From contig JASLDB010000007.1 in assembly GCA_030151665.1 (NCBI GenBank), forward strand, positions 1 through 21,080: a stretch of 21,080 bases of DNA, written 5' to 3'. The stretch is from Neisseriaceae bacterium (GTDB lineage Bacteria; Pseudomonadota; Gammaproteobacteria; Burkholderiales; Neisseriaceae). Numbering within the stretch: position 1 is the first letter of the stretch; every line of letters begins with the position of its first letter. The translations under genes and the position numbers were made by a program. The notes under the pieces are model-generated. The model made no database searches. It saw only the letters and a program-made list of their open reading frames with translations, and was not told where the DNA came from. Of the stretch, positions 15,280 to 21,080 are shown piece by piece.

Positions 15280-18200
15280 ATGCAAAAAGCGGTCGATAAC
15301 GAACAACAAATAGATGCTGCTGTTGCCGAAGGTGGCGCTTATGATGTGCTGTATAAGCGCTTGCAAGGGCAAGGCAGTAGACTTTATACATTTACACAAG
15401 AATTAAACCAAGAGCGCCAGCAGGTTTTTGGTGATACCAGCATGAAGGTGCAAACCCGCATCCGTATTCGCACAGAGAATAATTGTGTTGCTCGAGACAT
15501 TGTGCGGGTGGGTGATTGCTTGTTACTTGGTTATAACGTTTTTATTGGTTTGAAAAAAGAAACCGCCATTAATGATGTGTTTGCTTTGTATCGCCTAGTC
15601 GACATTGAGGATGGCTATGAAGTAGAAGATTTGTCGGTGAGCGATGCTGCATTTTTGAATGACCCACGTTTTGTGATGGATTTTAATGAGCTGCATGCTT
15701 ATTACAGCAATACCCGTTTGATGCAGTTGGTGGTGCGCCAAGATAAATTATTGGCAGCATTTCAAATTGGTGAGCGTTTAACCGATATTCGGGTATTTCG
15801 TTGGGCATTGCCAGTTGATGGCAATATGAATGATGCCAAGTACATTGATAACCGTGGCGATCAAGATATTCAATTGCCAGCGGCTTATGATTTTGAATGG
15901 TTACCATGTACTCGGCGCATGTTGGTGGAAACGGGCAAGCGAGCTTATTGGAATATTGAAGACACTTTGTTTTTGGAAGTGAAAAAAGGCGTGTTGTCGA
16001 TTCAAATTGAAGACAATACTGCTACAGGCCTGACCATTCATGAAGAGATTTTGCAAGATGAAAATCAATCTTTAAACGATATTCGCCTTGAATTTGCACG
16101 CTTAGGCAGTTTGCTGTTGCTGCGTTTTTTACCTTATCGAGAACAGGCTTGGCGCTATTTGGTGTTCAACGATTTGAATAAAAGCATGGTGCGAATTGAT
16201 GCCATTAGCCAAGCTTGTATTCAATTGCCTGAAGACCACGGTATTATTTTTCCGGGCGGTTATTATTTACAAAATGGTGAGCACAAAACATTTGATTTGA
16301 ACATGGATAAAATGCTGTTTGAACGCAGCATTAAATCACCCAATGGCCAAGATGTTTTGTATGCGTTTTATGAAGAAGAAGATGGTGCATCGGTATTGTT
16401 AAATTACGATGTGGTGTCTAGGCAATTGCAAAATCCTATTTTTGGGCATGGTTATGCTCGATATGAAGATGGGCGCATGGTTATTTTTGCAGCAGAAAGC
16501 AATGAACCGACACGGGTTCACCCCATGCAAGTTTGGCAAACGCCTTATTACAGCGATGTATTTGCTGCCAATATGCCCAAAGTCAGTGGTTTTTTTGGTC
16601 GTGTTGGCAACCGTGAGTTGGTGCGGGGGATTTCGGATTTATTGGAAATTAGCCGGTTGATTCAATCAAATACTGTGTCAATCGAGCATTACACCAGTTT
16701 GTGCCAGAGTGTTAAACGCGTTTTTGATGCTTATCATTGGTTGGATGAACAGGTATTAAGTGAGTTGTCGCCTTTACTTAAAGAAGTGGCGGCAACCGCT
16801 GAGTTGGTCTTGGATGAATATGAAAAAGTCCAAGGCATTCAAGCACAATCTAAGGCGGCATTAGCAAATGCAGAACATCAGCAACAAGCATTATTGCAAA
16901 CCTTGTTGCCAGATAGTTGGCAATTGATTTCGGATTATGTTGAGGCATTAAATGGCTTAACAGCTCAACGTGGTTTGTTATTGACCATTAAAGATTTGCG
17001 CTATATTGATGTGGACGCTATTTTGCAAATGGAAGCTGATTTGCAAGCGGCTCATGAAAAAGTGGTGCTTGCCACCGTTGAATTCTTATCACAAAAAAGT
17101 GCGTTTGAGCCGTATTACCAAAGTTTAAATGAATTGGACTTGGCTGTTGAACAAGCCCAAACAGTCAGTTTGTTACAAATACCATTGGATCAGATGAACC
17201 AAATGAGCAGTGATTTGGACATGTTGACTCAATTGGTGAGTACTTTGCAAGTTGATGATGCCACACAAAAAACGCACATGATTGAAGCCATCACCACTGT
17301 TTTTGCTAAACTGAATCAAGGCAAAGCATTGGCGGCTCAGCGTCGCAAAAATTTATTAACGTCTGAAACCTTGCAGCAATTCGGTGCACAGTTCCAATTG
17401 TTTAACCAAAGTGTCACAAGTGCCTTGTCTTTGGCCAATTCTCCTGAAAGTTGCGATGAGCAACTGTCTAAATTATTGGTGCAATTGGAAGATTTTGAAT
17501 CGGCATTTGGTGAACATGAAGCCTATTTAACCGATATTCTCAATAAGCGAGAAGAGGTCTTAGAAAGTTTTGAGTCGCATAAGCAAAGTTTGTTAGACGA
17601 TAGACAGCGTAAGGCACAAGCCATTCAGGATGCTGCTTTGCGAATTATCGAAACCATGCCAAGGCGTTTGGAGCGATTGCAAACCATTGAAGAAATTAAC
17701 GCTTTTTTTGCGGCTGATGCTTTGGTTTTGAAACTAAAAGAGTTGGTGCAGCGGTTACGGGATTTGCAAGACGGAATGCGGGCTGATGACATTGAAGCTC
17801 GATTGAAAAGCACTCAAGACAACGTCATGCGTGCCTTGCGTGACAAAACAGAATTGTTTGAAGATGATGGTCGTGTCATTCGTTTGGGCAAGCATCGTTT
17901 TAGTGTGAATACACAGGCTTTGGACATTACCTTGTTACCACGCAATGGGCAATTGAATATTCATTTGAGTGGAACCGATTATTTTGAACCCACACAAAAA
18001 GCAGAATTTGATGCTTTAAAAGATTTTTGGCAAGTGGTGCATGAATCTGAATCTGGGCAATTGTACCGAGCCGAGTACTTGGCTGTGCAATTTTTGAAAG
18101 CCGCCCGTGCAGAAGAGGGGGATTTACATTGGCAAGATGTGAAAAACCATGTGCATGATTTGGCAGTGCTAACGCAGCAAGTTCGCCAATATGCAACCCC

Positions 18201-20241
18201 ACGCTACAAAGAAGGCTATGAAAAAGGTGTGCATGACCATGATGCTGCTTTGATTATTCAGGCCATTTTGCCAGTGGCTGAATATGCAGGATTGCTGCGT
18301 TATGGTGCATCTGCCCGTGCTTTGGCTTATTTTTTCTGGCATACACAAGCAGCAGAGCAAAAAAGCCTATTACTGGATCGCGCCAAATCCAATCATGCCA
18401 TTTTGCAAGTGTTTGCTTATCCTGCCGGGGTGACTGCCTTACAAGCACAATTGCACCAAGACATGGAAAAATTTGTTGTGGCGCATGAACTGGCTTTTGC
18501 TGAGCAAAGCATCCTGACTGCCGCTGAATTTTTGGTGGCTTGGTTGGCGCAAAATGACACGCCTGAATGGGTGGTGAGTAAGTATGCTGCCCAATTGGCA
18601 CATGGTTTGCAAGTGCGATTGGAAGAGCAGCATGTGTGGTCTGATTTTCAATCGACCTTGGCGCGATTAGCAGCATTTCCCCATTTGCAATGGCAGCAAT
18701 TAAGCAATGCTTTATATGGCTTAAGCCAAGTGGACGAAGAATTATCATTGTTAACGCATTATATTGATGAAGCCGTGGCCATGTTGATTTTGCAAAATGA
18801 GCAAATCTTCCATGTGAGTGAAGTGGCTTTGCAAGTGACGGTTAATCAATTATTGGGTAGCCATGTCTTGATTGAAGAGCGGGCATTGACGGTTTCATTG
18901 GATACTTTATTGGAGCGTGTTCGCTACCAAAATGAAGTGTTTATTCCGCAGTTGCGACGCTATCATTCCTTGCGCGCTGATGTGTTAAAAGATGAGGCCA
19001 ATCATTTGCGCTTGGATGAATTTAGGGCAAAACCCCTGACATCGTTTGTGCGAAATCAATTGATTCAACAAGTGTATTTGCCTGTCATTGGTGATAATTT
19101 GGCCAAGCAAATGGGAACGGTGGGTGAGAGCAAACGCACGGACTTAATGGGTTTGTTGATGTTAATTTCTCCACCCGGTTACGGTAAGACCACTTTGATG
19201 GAGTATGTGGCGGCTCGTTTGGGTTTGATTTTCATGAAAATCAATGGACCATCCTTGGGGCACCGAGTGTATTCATTAGACCCTGCCCAAGCACCAGATT
19301 CGACCTCCGCGCAAGAATTAGAGAAATTGAATTTGGCATTGGAAATGGGCAATAATGTGATGCTGTATGTGGATGATATCCAGCACACCAGTTCAGAATT
19401 TTTGCAAAAATTTATTTCATTGTGTGATGGCACAAGGCGAATTGATGGTGTTTGGCGTGGTCAAACCAAAACATACGATATGCGTGGGCGCCGTTTTTGT
19501 GTGGTGATGGCGGGCAACCCTTATACAGAATCGGGTGAAGTGTTTCAGATTCCAGATATGCTAGCGAACCGTGCTGACGTTTATAACTTGGGTGAAACCT
19601 TGGGCAATATGCAAGAGGCCTTTAACCTAAGCTATTTGGAAAATAGCTTAACGTCCAATCCTATTTTGGCACCATTGGCAACACGTGACATGCAAGATGT
19701 GTACACCTTTATTGATAAAGCTGCTGGCAAAGACATTGCCAATACAGATTTTACTTATCATTATAGCAGTGCTGAAATCCAAGAAATTACCCAAGTATTT
19801 AGTCATTTACTGAAGGTAAGAGAAGTATTGGCTAAGGTGAATGCAGCGTATATTGCCAGTGCTGCCCAAAGTGATGATTACCGAACTGAACCTGCATTTA
19901 AATTACAAGGCAGTTATCGCAATATGAATAAAATGGTGGAGAAAGTATCTGCCATTATGAATGATGTGGAACTGAATCAGTTGGTTTCTGACCATTACCA
20001 AGGTGAGGCACAATTGTTAACCACCAAAGCAGAAGAGAATTTATTAAAATTGTCAGATTTGCGAGGGGTGTTAACGGCAGAAGAAAAAGAGCGTTGGTTA
20101 CAAATTAAAACAGAATTTGTGCACCAACGTAAACATGGCAAAGGCAGTGAAGGCACCGCTAAAATGATGGTGGATGAGCTGCAAAACTTATCCGATGCGC
20201 TCAAAGCCTTAACCGCGAAAGCCATTGTATTTAAGAAGTAA
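15280..20241 (+). CDS. Giant (1653 aa) protein with a single C-terminal MoxR/dynein-type AAA+ ATPase module; the N-terminal 1250 aa are uncharacterised
   Basis: It is the largest uninterrupted ORF in the window, with an AAGGA RBS. Walker A is ISPPGYGKTTL at about aa 1296-1306 (nt 19177..19194). Walker B is VMLYVDDIQ (nt about 19361..19380). Sensor-1 is VVMAGNP. An Arg-containing NRAD motif follows. The N-terminal 450 aa look beta-rich. Residues 480-1250 are long alpha-helical/coiled regions. Confidence 0.85.
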   Translation: MQKAVDNEQQIDAAVAEGGAYDVLYKRLQGQGSRLYTFTQELNQERQQVFGDTSMKVQTRIRIRTENNCVARDIVRVGDCLLLGYNVFIGLKKETAINDVFALYRLVDIEDGYEVEDLSVSDAAFLNDPRFVMDFNELHAYYSNTRLMQLVVRQDKLLAAFQIGERLTDIRVFRWALPVDGNMNDAKYIDNRGDQDIQLPAAYDFEWLPCTRRMLVETGKRAYWNIEDTLFLEVKKGVLSIQIEDNTATGLTIHEEILQDENQSLNDIRLEFARLGSLLLLRFLPYREQAWRYLVFNDLNKSMVRIDAISQACIQLPEDHGIIFPGGYYLQNGEHKTFDLNMDKMLFERSIKSPNGQDVLYAFYEEEDGASVLLNYDVVSRQLQNPIFGHGYARYEDGRMVIFAAESNEPTRVHPMQVWQTPYYSDVFAANMPKVSGFFGRVGNRELVRGISDLLEISRLIQSNTVSIEHYTSLCQSVKRVFDAYHWLDEQVLSELSPLLKEVAATAELVLDEYEKVQGIQAQSKAALANAEHQQQALLQTLLPDSWQLISDYVEALNGLTAQRGLLLTIKDLRYIDVDAILQMEADLQAAHEKVVLATVEFLSQKSAFEPYYQSLNELDLAVEQAQTVSLLQIPLDQMNQMSSDLDMLTQLVSTLQVDDATQKTHMIEAITTVFAKLNQGKALAAQRRKNLLTSETLQQFGAQFQLFNQSVTSALSLANSPESCDEQLSKLLVQLEDFESAFGEHEAYLTDILNKREEVLESFESHKQSLLDDRQRKAQAIQDAALRIIETMPRRLERLQTIEEINAFFAADALVLKLKELVQRLRDLQDGMRADDIEARLKSTQDNVMRALRDKTELFEDDGRVIRLGKHRFSVNTQALDITLLPRNGQLNIHLSGTDYFEPTQKAEFDALKDFWQVVHESESGQLYRAEYLAVQFLKAARAEEGDLHWQDVKNHVHDLAVLTQQVRQYATPRYKEGYEKGVHDHDAALIIQAILPVAEYAGLLRYGASARALAYFFWHTQAAEQKSLLLDRAKSNHAILQVFAYPAGVTALQAQLHQDMEKFVVAHELAFAEQSILTAAEFLVAWLAQNDTPEWVVSKYAAQLAHGLQVRLEEQHVWSDFQSTLARLAAFPHLQWQQLSNALYGLSQVDEELSLLTHYIDEAVAMLILQNEQIFHVSEVALQVTVNQLLGSHVLIEERALTVSLDTLLERVRYQNEVFIPQLRRYHSLRADVLKDEANHLRLDEFRAKPLTSFVRNQLIQQVYLPVIGDNLAKQMGTVGESKRTDLMGLLMLISPPGYGKTTLMEYVAARLGLIFMKINGPSLGHRVYSLDPAQAPDSTSAQELEKLNLALEMGNNVMLYVDDIQHTSSEFLQKFISLCDGTRRIDGVWRGQTKTYDMRGRRFCVVMAGNPYTESGEVFQIPDMLANRADVYNLGETLGNMQEAFNLSYLENSLTSNPILAPLATRDMQDVYTFIDKAAGKDIANTDFTYHYSSAEIQEITQVFSHLLKVREVLAKVNAAYIASAAQSDDYRTEPAFKLQGSYRNMNKMVEKVSAIMNDVELNQLVSDHYQGEAQLLTTKAEENLLKLSDLRGVLTAEEKERWLQIKTEFVHQRKHGKGSEGTAKMMVDELQNLSDALKALTAKAIVFKK

Positions 20242-20252
20242 CAGCAAAAGTC

Positions 20253-20290
20253 AAAAAGCCTTGTCTAGAGAATATCGACAAGGCTTTTTT
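20253..20290 (+). terminator. Rho-independent terminator (AAAAAGCCTTGTC / GACAAGGCTTTTT stem, 11-nt loop, TTTTTT tail) ending the PspA-flotillin-ATPase operon
   Basis: Seen directly in the sequence, 12 nt after the stop of the giant gene. Confidence 0.8.
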
Positions 20291-20494
20291 AAACAACGAA
20301 TATTTTCAATGGCTTGATGTTGTTGGTAGATTGCGCTACAATTATTTTTTAAAAAATTTATTGATATTTAAAAATCAATTTACAAAAGCTATTACTCTTA
20401 TCAAGATATTCAATCACCACATGTGTGTTTTTTCGTTACACTGACTGTATTGAAATTCAACAGACACACAACGAACTTATTTAAGGAGTTAAAA

Positions 20495-21061
20495 ATGGTT
20501 GCTAACGTAAACACCCAAATCAAACCTTTCAATGCCACTGCTTTTCGTCAAGGCAAATTTGTAGAAATTTCTGAAAAAGATGTACAAGGCAAATGGGCTG
20601 TATTCTTCTTTTACCCAGCTGACTTCACTTTTGTTTGTCCTACTGAATTGGGCGACTTGGCTGATCATTATGCACAATTGCAAGACATGGGCGTTGAAGT
20701 GTTCTCTGTATCGACTGATACCCATTTCACTCACAAAGCTTGGCACGATTCTTCTGATACCATCGGTAAAATCCAATACTACATGGTAGGTGACCAAACA
20801 TTTAACTTGGCAAACAACTTCGGTGTATTGCGTGTAGGCCAAGGCTTGGCAGACCGTGCAACATTTGTGATTGACCCACAAGGCACTATCCAAGCTGTTG
20901 AAGTGACTGCTGAAGGCATTGGCCGTGATGCAAGCGATTTGATTCGCAAAATTAAAGCTGCTCAATATGTTGCTGCTCACCCAGGCGAAGTTTGTCCAGC
21001 TAAATGGAAAGAAGGCGAAAAAACATTGGCACCATCTTTGGACTTGGTTGGTAAAATCTAA
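20495..21061 (+). CDS. ahpC: Alkyl hydroperoxide reductase subunit C (typical 2-Cys peroxiredoxin)
   Basis: An AAGGAG RBS lies 6 nt upstream of the ATG at 20495. The sequence has the peroxidatic Cys motif FTFVCPTE and the resolving Cys in the C-terminal EVCPAKW. It is a near-textbook AhpC. The ORF-track start at 20423 is rejected. Confidence 0.95.
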   Translation: MVANVNTQIKPFNATAFRQGKFVEISEKDVQGKWAVFFFYPADFTFVCPTELGDLADHYAQLQDMGVEVFSVSTDTHFTHKAWHDSSDTIGKIQYYMVGDQTFNLANNFGVLRVGQGLADRATFVIDPQGTIQAVEVTAEGIGRDASDLIRKIKAAQYVAAHPGEVCPAKWKEGEKTLAPSLDLVGKI

Positions 21062-21080
21062 GTTTTAAAATAAATGACTA

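Noticed and set aside
18254-18748. 164-aa minus-strand ORF inside the giant gene (and other 60-90-aa antisense ORFs throughout)
   Set aside because: It is embedded antisense in a 5-kb ORF with consistent codon usage. It has no start context.
15280-20241. Giant protein as a Vps4/ClpB/Hsp104 or dynamin homolog
   Set aside because: Only one nucleotide-binding module is present. Its motifs (PPGYGKTT, DD Walker B, MAGNP) fit the MoxR/AAA_5 clade rather than meiotic-clade or Clp ATPases. No GTPase G-motifs are present.
1-21080. CRISPR arrays, IS/transposase genes, integrases, tRNA/rRNA
   Set aside because: There are no short regularly spaced direct repeats. No transposase-like or integrase-like ORFs are present. 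No tRNA-like cloverleaf candidates were noticed. The window appears to be chromosomal backbone rather than a recent mobile insertion.

Overview
The window is 21 kb of AT-rich gammaproteobacterial chromosome. Codon usage looks Moraxellaceae-like, but that is inference only. No IS elements, CRISPR arrays, tRNA or rRNA genes were found.

Contents, left to right:
1. A minus-strand Ail/OmpX-family outer-membrane beta-barrel gene (179..718).
2. A Pho-box-fronted five-gene plus-strand operon (1070..5628). It encodes a periplasmic solute-binding protein, an alkaline-phosphatase-superfamily enzyme, two permeases and an ATPase, and is probably an organophosphate or phosphonate scavenging system.
3. A pair of translationally coupled, paralogous Pol-beta-superfamily nucleotidyltransferases (5743..7544). 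They are bracketed by strong intrinsic terminators.
4. A minus-strand block of secreted proteins (7746..10701). It holds two tandem Cys-rich paralogs and a DUF805 membrane protein with an N-terminal soluble domain.
5. The most interesting locus: a five-gene plus-strand operon (11113..20241). It encodes a YjfI/YbjN-like protein with a basic N-terminal extension, a PspA/IM30 (YjfJ-like, ESCRT-III superfamily) protein, a small NfeD/YqiJ-like OB-fold membrane protein, a 675-aa flotillin (SPFH/band-7, YqiK-like) with a long EA-rich coiled coil, and a 1653-aa protein whose only recognisable module is a single C-terminal MoxR/dynein-type AAA+ domain. I cannot place this combination in any named system from memory. 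It is the best candidate for an undescribed membrane-remodelling, envelope-stress or defence module.
6. ahpC at the right edge (20495..21061).
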